In this document: positions 47,898 through 56,107 of the stretch, piece after piece | Layout: every line of letters begins with the position of its first letter | Position numbering within the stretch: position 1 is the stretch's first letter | From: an uncultured Bacteroidota bacterium | GTDB taxonomy: Bacteria; Bacteroidota; Ignavibacteria; UBA10030; UBA6906 | Direction of reading: 5' to 3' | Length of the DNA stretch: 64,000 nt | NCBI GenBank assembly: GCA_963700635.1 | Contig: CAVOYH010000004.1 | Span: 157,760 to 221,759 of the forward strand | Notes under the pieces: generated by a model | The model's input: only the letters and a program-made list of their open reading frames with translations | Told to the model about the DNA's origin: nothing | Databases searched by the model: none | Made by a program: the position numbers and the translations under genes

Positions 47898-48294
47898 TGA
47901 AGGATTAACCGGGACCCGCGACCTGCGGCGTTTTGGATTACTCTTTGGTGGTCTGGGGTTAGCGCTTGCCGGTTACTGGTGGTGGCAGAACACCACATAC
48001 TGGTGGGCTCCGGCCTTGTGGGCGGCACTGTTCGCGGGTACAGGGATCTTAGCGCCGTCCCTGCTCCGTCCTCTGCACGCCGGTTGGATGAAGTTTGCAC
48101 AGTTCCTGGGATGGCTTAATACCCGGATACTTCTCACGCTGTTCTTCTATATGGTGATAACGCCTGTGGCGATTATCCTGAAGGTTTTCCGGAAGGAGCT
48201 TCTGGAAGAATACAGAGGGAAACCTGCCGCTACGTATTGGAAGCGCAGGCCGGATGTTGTGGTCGAAAAATCACGATACGAGAATCTCTTTTAA
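47890..48294 (+). CDS. SxtJ-family membrane protein
   Basis: RDLRRFGLLFGGLGLALAGYWWW...WMKFAQFLGWLNTRILLTLFFYMVITP is typical of SxtJ homologues. The start is tentatively TTG 47890, which overlaps the upstream stop. The tracked ORF from 47824 lies inside the carbamoyltransferase. Confidence 0.7.
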   Translation: MTDEGLTGTRDLRRFGLLFGGLGLALAGYWWWQNTTYWWAPALWAALFAGTGILAPSLLRPLHAGWMKFAQFLGWLNTRILLTLFFYMVITPVAIILKVFRKELLEEYRGKPAATYWKRRPDVVVEKSRYENLF

Positions 48295-48309
48295 CAACCC
48301 ATACCACCT

Positions 48310-48483
48310 ATGCCTCACAAGAAACACAATCGCATCTCGATCCTTGCCGAACTCTGGGCATTCATGAAGGTCCGCAAGAAGTGGTGGCTCGGACCAATCT
48401 TCCTGATGCTTCTCGTGCTGGGCCTGATCGTGGTGATGACGCAGGGTTCCGCTCTCGCACCGTTTATCTACACGTTGTTCTGA
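48310..48483 (+). CDS. DUF5989 / SxtK-like small membrane protein (not in the ORF track)
   Basis: 57 aa: MPHKKHNRISILAELWAFMKVRKKWWLGPIFLMLLVLGLIVVMTQGSALAPFIYTLF. Shows the ELWxFxKxRKKxWLxP...APFIYTLF pattern of DUF5989. The tracked ORF 48237..48545 is in another frame. Confidence 0.85.
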   Translation: MPHKKHNRISILAELWAFMKVRKKWWLGPIFLMLLVLGLIVVMTQGSALAPFIYTLF

Positions 48484-48498
48484 GAGGCGCGACGCCTC
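48484..48498. terminator. Short GC hairpin between convergent sxtK-like gene and hydrolase
   Basis: gaggcg-cga-cgcctc, a 6-bp stem, in a 21-nt convergent gap. No U-tract. Confidence 0.25.
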
Positions 48499-48504
48499 CG
48501 ACGT

Positions 48505-49302
48505 CTACGGCAGTCCCGAGAGAAACGTATTCAGGTGTTCATTGACCGCGCCGGGATTCTCAAGGGGGCTCATGTGTGCGGCTCCCGGAATGATATGGAG
48601 TTGAGATCCGCGGATACGTTCAAACATTGATCGGGATGCCTCCGGAGGGGTGGTCGTATCGTGCTCGCCGACGAGAATCAGCGTGGGCACGGCGATCGCG
48701 GCCAGAGATGACGTGGTATCCGTCCGCGCCGCAAGGGCCAGCAGCATCCCTGCGATTGCCAGGGGTGGCGTATGTGCAATCGTCGTGCGTATCAATTCGA
48801 CGGCATCGGGCACACGCGCAAAGGATTCCGGCGCAAAGATCTTCTTGACAAAGTCCTCCGCGAACCAGAGGGAGCCGCGTGATTTCACGGCCGCCATTGC
48901 CCGCGCCCTCGAAATCTTTGCTTCATTGCCATCCGCCTCGCTCCGTGTGTTACACAGAACGGCGGCCCGGAATCGTTCAGGATTCCGTTCCAACGCGCGG
49001 AGTGTAATGTATCCTCCCATGGACATACCGACGACCACGGTCTGCTGGATTTCCAGATGATCGAGCAGGGCAATCAGATCATCCACGTGACCTTCGATGG
49101 TGTATTGGCCGTCGCCCATGCTGCTTTCGCCGAGGCCGCGCAGGTCATACGCGATCGTGCGAAAGGATGAGCTGACGGCTTCCCGCTGAGAGGCCCACAT
49201 TTTGTGACTGAAGGGGAATCCGTGAATAAACACGATGGGTGGTGCGCCCGCATCTCCCTTCTCGGCCACATGCAGGAGCGCAGTCTGTACCTGAACATGC
49301 AT
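48505..49302 (-). CDS. Alpha/beta-fold hydrolase (3-oxoadipate enol-lactonase-like)
   Basis: IVFIHGFPFS oxyanion region, nucleophile elbow GMSMGG, and C-terminal GAAHMSPLENP. Confidence 0.85.
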   Translation of the reverse strand: MHVQVQTALLHVAEKGDAGAPPIVFIHGFPFSHKMWASQREAVSSSFRTIAYDLRGLGESSMGDGQYTIEGHVDDLIALLDHLEIQQTVVVGMSMGGYITLRALERNPERFRAAVLCNTRSEADGNEAKISRARAMAAVKSRGSLWFAEDFVKKIFAPESFARVPDAVELIRTTIAHTPPLAIAGMLLALAARTDTTSSLAAIAVPTLILVGEHDTTTPPEASRSMFERIRGSQLHIIPGAAHMSPLENPGAVNEHLNTFLSGLP

Positions 49303-49374
49303 AGTCGTGCCTCCAAGATGTCGTACGGAAATCTACACAAATATGGGGTGATTGTCACGTGGAGGGCGCAAATC

Positions 49375-49403
49375 TTGCTCCTCGTGCCCTGATATACTAT
49401 ATT
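49375..49403 (+). promoter_or_regulatory. Promoter-like TTGCTC-N17-TATATT upstream of the M20 dipeptidase
   Basis: -35 at 49375-49380 and -10 at 49398-49403, 41 nt before ATG 49444. Confidence 0.4.
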
Positions 49404-49443
49404 AAACCATCTCTTCGATCGTCTCCCAACATCCGGGGCTCAT

Positions 49444-50829
49444 ATGAACGACGTTCTTTCGCACATACAGAGCAACAGTACGCGCTACGTACGTGAGTTA
49501 ACAGATCTCCTTGCGATTCCGAGTGTGAGCACAAATCCTGAGAACGTGCCGGATATCCGGCGCTGTGCAGAGTGGGTGGCCGGGCATCTTCGGGGGATAG
49601 GAATACCCGATGCCCGTGTGATACCCACCCCGGGGCACCCGGTGGTGTACGGGTCATGGATGAACGCGCCGGGGAAACCAACACTCCTGATCTACGGACA
49701 CTATGACGTTCAGCCTCCCGAGCCGCTCGACTTGTGGACATCGCCCCCGTTTGAAGCGACTATCCGTGGTGACAATCTGTATGCGCGCGGTTCATCCGAC
49801 GATAAAGGTCAGTTCTTTGTTCATCTGAAAAGTATAGAAGCGTTTCTCAAGACAACCGGTACACTTCCCCTGAATGTGAAGTTCCTTATTGAGGGGGAGG
49901 AGGAGATTGGGAGCGAACATCTGGAGGAGTTTGTGCGGGCGCAGACCGATCTGCTCAAGGCCGATCTTGTTATGATCTCGGATTCTTCCATGTTTGCGCG
50001 GAATGTTCCGTCGATCTGCTACGGACTCCGCGGGCTCTCGTACATGCAGGTCGAGCTTGTCGGACCGAGCCGTGATCTTCATTCCGGATCGTTCGGAGGA
50101 TCGGTGCTGAACCCGATTCAGGCCCTGGCCGAGATGATTGCGCGGCTTCACGACCGTCACGGCCGGATTACCATTCCCGGTTTTTATGACGATGTGCGGC
50201 CCCTCAGCAGGAAGGAGCGCGCGGCGTATAAACAACTTCCCTGGAATGACAGGACCTATGCAAAGGAGCTGGGTGTACGGGCACTGTATGGCGAGAAGGG
50301 GTTTACGACGCTGGAACGCCTCTGGGCGCGGCCAACCCTGGAATGTAACGGCATCTGGGGTGGCTTCACGGAGGAAGGCGCCAAGACGGTTCTCCCATCA
50401 AAAGCCTCCGCAAAGATTTCGATGCGTCTTGTGCCTGATCAGACTTCACAAAAAGCCAGTGCGCTCTTCACCCGATACATGAAGAAGATTCTTCCCCCCG
50501 GCGTCCGGATGACCGTGCGCTCCCTCCACGGCGGCGAACCGGCCATTACGCCGATTGACAGTCCCGGCGTCCGTGCCGCAGTCTCTGCTCTGGAGAAAGG
50601 ATTTGGAAAAAAACCATTGTATCAGCGGGAGGGCGGGTCAATTCCCATTGTTGTACAATTCAAGAAGCTCCTGAAGATAGATACGGTGTTGCTGGGATTT
50701 GGCCTGCCGGATGAGAATGCGCATGCTCCGGATGAGTTTCTCCACCTGCCCAATTTTTACGGTGGCATCCGCACATCGGCGCATTTTCTGAGTGAACTTC
50801 CATCCTTTATGGGAAAGGCCGGGGCATAG
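49444..50829 (+). CDS. M20-family dipeptidase / metallo-hydrolase
   Basis: 461 aa. LLIYGHYDVQPPEP, ARGSSDDKGQ, FLIEGEEEIGS, and a C-terminal ENAHAPDE block. Confidence 0.88.
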   Translation: MNDVLSHIQSNSTRYVRELTDLLAIPSVSTNPENVPDIRRCAEWVAGHLRGIGIPDARVIPTPGHPVVYGSWMNAPGKPTLLIYGHYDVQPPEPLDLWTSPPFEATIRGDNLYARGSSDDKGQFFVHLKSIEAFLKTTGTLPLNVKFLIEGEEEIGSEHLEEFVRAQTDLLKADLVMISDSSMFARNVPSICYGLRGLSYMQVELVGPSRDLHSGSFGGSVLNPIQALAEMIARLHDRHGRITIPGFYDDVRPLSRKERAAYKQLPWNDRTYAKELGVRALYGEKGFTTLERLWARPTLECNGIWGGFTEEGAKTVLPSKASAKISMRLVPDQTSQKASALFTRYMKKILPPGVRMTVRSLHGGEPAITPIDSPGVRAAVSALEKGFGKKPLYQREGGSIPIVVQFKKLLKIDTVLLGFGLPDENAHAPDEFLHLPNFYGGIRTSAHFLSELPSFMGKAGA

Positions 50830-50840
50830 CCCACCGCACA

Positions 50841-51809
50841 GTGCTGCGCATAAATCTGCTTGTCCACATTCACAGCGCCGGATTACGGCGCGACCTGAGG
50901 GTGTTCCAGGAAGCCCTGAAGGGCCTCCCCGTCCGGCTGACGGTTACCGCATTTGATCCCGCATGGCTCCCGCGGCTCGGGCGGGGCATCCGTCGGGCGA
51001 CAGGGACAGTACTCCCCGGGAAACTCTACGACATTAATCTTTTTGTGGAAGAGATCGCCCCGGCGTGGATGCCCCTTGCCCGGGTGAATTGCCTGGTGCC
51101 TCACCAGGAGTGGTTTACCGATCTTACCCGGACCCATCTGCAGCGCATGGACTGGGTCCTCTGCAAATCACAGTTTGCGGTACAGATGTTTGAATCAATC
51201 GGGTCCCGCACAGCGTACACCGGATTCACCACCCTCGATCGTTATGATCCTTCTGTCCGCAAAGACTTTTCTGAATCCGTGCATGTCGGCGGAAGCAGTC
51301 GCCAGAAAGGCTCGGCCACGGTCAACACTGTCTGGTTGCAACACCCTCAATGGCCCATGCTGACGATCCACTGGTACGAGCCTGCGGCACATCCCGTGGA
51401 GGCCTCGAACATCCGGTGTGTGAGATCATTTGTGGATGAACGTACGTTAAGCAACACGCAGAACAGGTGTGGGATACACCTGTGTCCCTCGGAAGCGGAA
51501 GGATTCGGACATTATCTCGTTGAGGCAATGAGTTGTGCCGCTGTTGTGCTGACGACCGCCGCTCCGCCAATGAACGAACTGGTTCAACCGGAGAGGGGAG
51601 TGCTTGTCGGATATCATCGTCAGGCCCCCCAGGGGGTTGGCATGAACTACTACGTCGATCCGGTCCTGCTCGGGGAAGCCGTGGAAGGGGTGCTGGGTAC
51701 AAGTCTGCTCGAGCGTGAACGGATGGGCAAACGGGCAAGGGAGTGGTTCCTTGAGAATGACCGCCTTTTTCGCACCAGGTTGTGGGAAGTGCTCCAGGGA
51801 ATTGCCTGA
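50841..51809 (+). CDS. Glycosyltransferase (GT-B, GT1/GT4-like)
   Basis: GTG start. C-terminal HLCPSEAEGFGHYLVEAMSCAAVVLTT resembles the EX7E region of retaining GT-B enzymes. Confidence 0.65.
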   Translation: MLRINLLVHIHSAGLRRDLRVFQEALKGLPVRLTVTAFDPAWLPRLGRGIRRATGTVLPGKLYDINLFVEEIAPAWMPLARVNCLVPHQEWFTDLTRTHLQRMDWVLCKSQFAVQMFESIGSRTAYTGFTTLDRYDPSVRKDFSESVHVGGSSRQKGSATVNTVWLQHPQWPMLTIHWYEPAAHPVEASNIRCVRSFVDERTLSNTQNRCGIHLCPSEAEGFGHYLVEAMSCAAVVLTTAAPPMNELVQPERGVLVGYHRQAPQGVGMNYYVDPVLLGEAVEGVLGTSLLERERMGKRAREWFLENDRLFRTRLWEVLQGIA

Positions 51810-51838
51810 AAATGGGACGAGCCGATTTGACTACGGTA

Positions 51839-51867
51839 TTGAAAATTTCTGAGAGAAGTCGTATATT
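51839..51867 (+). promoter_or_regulatory. Promoter-like TTGAAA-N17-TATATT directly upstream of tRNA-His
   Basis: -35 at 51839-51844 and -10 at 51862-51867. The tRNA 5' end (51878) is 11 nt downstream of the -10. Confidence 0.45.
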
Positions 51868-51877
51868 AAGTATTCTT

Positions 51878-51951
51878 GCTGGCGTAGCTCAGTTGGTTAG
51901 AGCACCAGATTGTGGATCTGGGGGTCACAGGTTCAAATCCTGTCGCCAGTA
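51878..51951 (+). tRNA. tRNA-His (anticodon GTG) with non-canonical acceptor end (no encoded G-1; G1:U72; A73; no CCA)
   Basis: Hand-folded cloverleaf:
- acceptor GCTGGCG / CGCCAGT
- D arm GCTC-AGTTGGTTA-GAGC
- anticodon arm CCAGA-TTGTGGA-TCTGG, anticodon at 51912-51914
- variable loop GGGTC
- T arm ACAGG-TTCAAAT-CCTGT
- discriminator A at 51951
- base -1 is T (51877). Confidence 0.85.
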
Positions 51952-51989
51952 CACCCTCCCCCTCCTCATACGCGAACGCAATTCCGACT

Positions 51990-53454
51990 ATGGCCGACGA
52001 CCGAACTGTTGAACCACGGCTGCTGCGCGGATTCAGGGATTACCTGCCCGCGCAGATGAACGCCCGACTCAAACTCATTGCCACCATCCGCCAGGTCTAC
52101 GAACGGTATGGGTTTCTTCCCCTTGAAACGCCCGCGCAGGAATACAAGGTCACGCTCCTGGGGTATGGCGAAGAAAACACCAAACAAATCTTCTGCTTTA
52201 AGAACCCCGAAGAAGAAGATGTAGCGCTGCGGTTCGATCTGACCGTTCCCCTCGCCCGTGTTGTCGCACAATACCCCGATCTGCCTCTCCCGTTTCGCCG
52301 TTACCAGATTGCGCCGGTCTGGCGTGCCGACAAACCGGATCCGGGCCGGTTCAGGGAGTTCCTGCAATTCGATCTCGACTCCGTGGGAGTGTCGTCTCTC
52401 GCCGCCGATGCGGAGATTCTGACCGGTATGTACGATACGCTTGAGGCGCTTGGACTGCATCAGTCCGTTGTCCGGTTCAGCAGCCGGAAAGTGCTGAACA
52501 GCCTGCTGGACTATGCCGGGATACCCCGTACGATGGCGCATGGGGTGTTTCGTGTGCTGGACAAGCTGGAGAAAATTGGCCGGGAAAACGTCGCGGCGGA
52601 ACTTGCCGGAGGACGTGTTGATGTCTCGGGCGACAAAATTCCGGGGTTGGGCCTCGGCAGAAAAGCTATAGACCACATTGAAGAGTTTCTGGTTTTGCCG
52701 AAAGGGACGCGGGAAGAGGTCTTGCAGGGAATCACACGTCTGTTTGCCGGGGTCGATACAGCTTCCGAGGCAATACACGAGCTCGATTTTCTCTGCACAT
52801 CACTTGACGTTCTGGAGATTCCAGAGGAAAGAGTGGCCCTTGACCTGAGCATTGCGCGGGGGCTGGACTACTATACCGGACCGGTGTTTGAAGCGATGCT
52901 CACAGAAGCTCCCGAGTTCGGGTCAATCTTCGGGGGGGGGAAGATACGACGGTCTTGTTGAACGATTCCTGGGTCGGAAGATTCCCGCTGTCGGGGCCTC
53001 TATCGGTGTAGACCGCCTCTTTGCGGCCATGCAGAAGCTTGGCCTCTTCTCCATGGGGAATGCCACGGCGCAGGTTCTGGTAACCATCATGGAACCCGGC
53101 CGGCTGGCGGATTATCAGCGCCTTACGAGACAGCTGCGGAACGAAGGCATCAACACGGAAATGTATCTTGGCGAAGAGCGTAGTCCGGGCAAACAACTCC
53201 AGTACGCCAACCGGCAGCATATCCCTGTCGCCATCCTCATGGGCAGCAACGAGTTCCAACATGGCGAGGTAACGATCAAGGACCTTGTGCTGGGTGCAGC
53301 AATGCAGGACAAAAAGAAAACCATGACCGGAAAAGACCGAGAACGGTATCTTCAGGAAACGCGGACGGTGCAGGTGACGGTTCCTCTTGCCGAATGTGCC
53401 GTCACGATCAGATCGATCCTCGCCCGTCACGATAAATCACAACCTCCGGGATGA
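51990..53454 (+). pseudogene. hisS: Histidyl-tRNA synthetase (long, divergent type), interrupted as sequenced by one extra G in a G9 run
   Basis: Start at ATG 51990 (MADDRTVEPRLLRGFRDYLP). The tracked start at 51912 lies inside the tRNA. Motif 2 is FRRYQIAPVWRADKPDPGRFREFLQFD. ORF1 ends ...FGGGKIRRSC, while ORF2 carries GGGRYDGLVERFLGRKIPAVGASIGVDRL. Removing one G from 52932-52940 restores motif 3. Confidence 0.9.
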
Positions 53455-53469
53455 ACGAGGGATCAACCC

Positions 53470-54987
53470 ATGCCCAAGACTCTTCAGATTGATGGTAGCT
53501 CGCTGACCATCGATCGTGTTGTTTCGGTGGCGCGTCATGGTGTGCGGGCACGCCTCTCGCCGCTGGCACGTGAAGGAATGCGACGTTCCCGCGAATGGGT
53601 AGAGCGTGCGGTCCGTGAACACGCGGTGGTGTACGGTGTGACCACGGGGTTCGGGGCATTTCAGAACGTTTCCGTCCGTTCCGAACGCCTCCGGGAGCTT
53701 CAACGGAATCTCATCCTCAGCCACTGTGCCGGAGTGGGCCCTCCGTTCGCGGAAGAAATTGTCCGTGCCATGCTCCTCCTTCGCGCGAATGCGCTCGCAC
53801 GGGGTCATTCGGGGATACGTATCGCCGTCGTCGAGCGGCTCCTGGAGATGCTTCACTGTGGTGTCCATCCTATTGTGCCCGAACAGGGCTCTGTGGGCTC
53901 GAGCGGTGATCTGGCTCCACTTTCGCATGCTGCGGCAGTCCTCATCGGTGAAGGTGAGGCGATCTATCGGGGGAAACGGATGAGCGGGAGGAAGGCGATG
54001 CGCGCTGCCGGTCTCAAACCGGTCGTGCTGGAAGCGAAGGAAGGACTGGCTCTAAACAACGGCACACAGGCAATGACCGCCGTTGGGGTGCTGGCTGTTC
54101 ATGATGCCGGCCGCCTGGCGGATCTTGCTGATATTGCAGCCGCATTGAGTCTGGAAGCTGTCAAGGGAAAAAGTACCCCGTTTGCGGAAAAAGCCCTGGC
54201 CACACGCCCTCATGCAGGACAGGCCCGCTCCGCCCGTAATATCCGGACAATGATCGCCGGGAGCCGGCTGGTGGACCGTGTAGACCATGATACCCGGAAC
54301 AAGGTTCAGGACTCGTATTCTATCCGCTGCGCTCCGCAGGTGCACGGGGCATCTCGGGACGCCATTGAATACGTGGCGCGCGTTGTGGAGACGGAGATCA
54401 ATGCGACAACCGACAATCCGCTGATCTTCCCGGATTCCAACGAAGTCTTCAGTGTCGGGAATTTTCACGGACAACCCGTTGCTCTCGCAATGGATTTTCT
54501 CGCGCTCGCGGTTGCAGAGCTTGGAAATATTTCGGAGCGGCGGACTGCCAAATTGATGGACCGCGAGCACAGCTGCGGCCTCCCGCCGTTTCTTGCCGTG
54601 GATGGCGGACTCGAGTCGGGCCTGATGATCGAGCAATATACCGCTGCAGCGCTGGTGTCGGAGAACAAAGTCCTCATCCATCCTGCCAGCGGTGATTCGA
54701 TCCCGACCTCTGCGAACCAGGAAGACCATGTGAGCATGGGGACCATCGCGGCCCGGCAGGCGCGCCAGGTCATTCAGAACGTGGAACACGTGATTGCCAT
54801 AGAACTCCATGGCGCCATCGAGGCCCTTGCGTATCGATCCGAACGTCCGGGTGAAGGAACGCGCAAGGCGCTCCGCATGTTGCGAGAAGTGGTTCCCCCT
54901 CTCCGCGGTGACCGGCCGTTGTCTCAGGACATCGAAGCCCTTGTGCAGTTCATCCGCAACGACGCCCTTCGCGCCCTTGTCCGTTAG
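53470..54987 (+). CDS. hutH: Histidine ammonia-lyase
   Basis: 505 aa. YGVTTGFG, HAL-type LILSHCAGVG, MIO region GSVGSSGDLAPLSH, and NQEDHVSMG. Confidence 0.9.
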   Translation: MPKTLQIDGSSLTIDRVVSVARHGVRARLSPLAREGMRRSREWVERAVREHAVVYGVTTGFGAFQNVSVRSERLRELQRNLILSHCAGVGPPFAEEIVRAMLLLRANALARGHSGIRIAVVERLLEMLHCGVHPIVPEQGSVGSSGDLAPLSHAAAVLIGEGEAIYRGKRMSGRKAMRAAGLKPVVLEAKEGLALNNGTQAMTAVGVLAVHDAGRLADLADIAAALSLEAVKGKSTPFAEKALATRPHAGQARSARNIRTMIAGSRLVDRVDHDTRNKVQDSYSIRCAPQVHGASRDAIEYVARVVETEINATTDNPLIFPDSNEVFSVGNFHGQPVALAMDFLALAVAELGNISERRTAKLMDREHSCGLPPFLAVDGGLESGLMIEQYTAAALVSENKVLIHPASGDSIPTSANQEDHVSMGTIAARQARQVIQNVEHVIAIELHGAIEALAYRSERPGEGTRKALRMLREVVPPLRGDRPLSQDIEALVQFIRNDALRALVR

Positions 54988-55023
54988 AATAACGCAGAGA
55001 CACAGTGTGCCAGGGAGCCACCC

Positions 55024-56016
55024 GTGAATACATGGAAACCCGATGGTGAGCGTTATACATCCCTGATCTATCGCCGGTGCGGGCGAAGTGGTCTCAGACT
55101 TCCGCCGGTGTCGCTCGGACTCTGGCACAACTTCGGCGGCGTTGATCCGGAAGGCAATGGCCGGGCGATGCTCCGGAGAGCCTTTGACCTCGGCATCACC
55201 CACTTCGACCTTGCGAATAATTATGGTCCGCCGCCCGGATCGGCGGAAGAAACATTTGGCAGAATCTTCAAGAGTGATTTTGCTCCGTACCGTGATGAGC
55301 TGATCATATCCACAAAGGCTGGGCACCTGATGTGGCCCGGACCGTATGGAGAATGGGGATCGCGGAAATATCTTATCGCCAGTCTGGATCAAAGTCTGAA
55401 GCGGATGGGATTGGAGTATGTTGACATCTTCTACTCCCACCGTCCCGATCCGGATACACCTCTTGAAGAAACCATGGGAGCGCTGGATTTTGCCGTTCGC
55501 TCGGGCAGGGCATTATACGCCGGCATTTCTTCGTACAATGCCGACCAGACACGCCGGGCGGCGGCCCTCCTGCGTCAGATGGGTACACCCTGCCTTATTC
55601 ACCAGCCCGTCTATAACATGTTCAACCGGTGGATCGAGGGGGAACTCCTCGAAGTGCTCTCCCAGGATGGCATGGGTTGTATTGTCTTCTCCCCCCTGTC
55701 GCAGGGACTTCTGACCGAAAGGTACCTCGATGGAATTCCCCAGGACTCCCGGGCCGGAAAACCTCACGGATTTCTCAGACCCCAGCACATTACTGAAGAG
55801 AAGCTCACCCGGGTGCGGGCACTCCGGGTGATCGCCCGACGCCGGGACCAGACCGTGGCTCAGTTGGCGCTGTCATGGGTGCTGCGGCATCCGGGAGTCA
55901 CTTCTGCGCTAGTCGGCGCAAGCTCCGTGGCGCAGATCGAAGAGAACCTCGCGGCGAGCGCCGCTCCCCCTCTTTCGGACGCGGAACTTCAGGAGATCGA
56001 CAGGATTCTTCATTAA
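55024..56016 (+). CDS. Aldo/keto reductase (YghZ / L-glyceraldehyde-3-phosphate reductase-like)
   Basis: GTG start. YRRCGRSGLRLPPVSLGLWHNFG closely resembles the YghZ N-terminus. Also DLANNYGPPPGSAEE and ISTKAG. Confidence 0.88.
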   Translation: MNTWKPDGERYTSLIYRRCGRSGLRLPPVSLGLWHNFGGVDPEGNGRAMLRRAFDLGITHFDLANNYGPPPGSAEETFGRIFKSDFAPYRDELIISTKAGHLMWPGPYGEWGSRKYLIASLDQSLKRMGLEYVDIFYSHRPDPDTPLEETMGALDFAVRSGRALYAGISSYNADQTRRAAALLRQMGTPCLIHQPVYNMFNRWIEGELLEVLSQDGMGCIVFSPLSQGLLTERYLDGIPQDSRAGKPHGFLRPQHITEEKLTRVRALRVIARRRDQTVAQLALSWVLRHPGVTSALVGASSVAQIEENLAASAAPPLSDAELQEIDRILH

Positions 56017-56107
56017 GAACCCCCTGCAGTCATCGTCAGCACTCCCTCCACTCGCCGGAACCAGACAACCGCTCCTTGTGTTAGAATAGCAAAGGGAAAG
56101 ATACCCC

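Noticed and set aside
51912-51989. N-terminal 26 residues of the tracked hisS ORF (GTG 51912).
   Set aside because: That GTG is the anticodon of tRNA-His, and the stretch overlaps the tRNA 3' half. HisRS homology (LLRGFRDYLP) begins just after ATG 51990.
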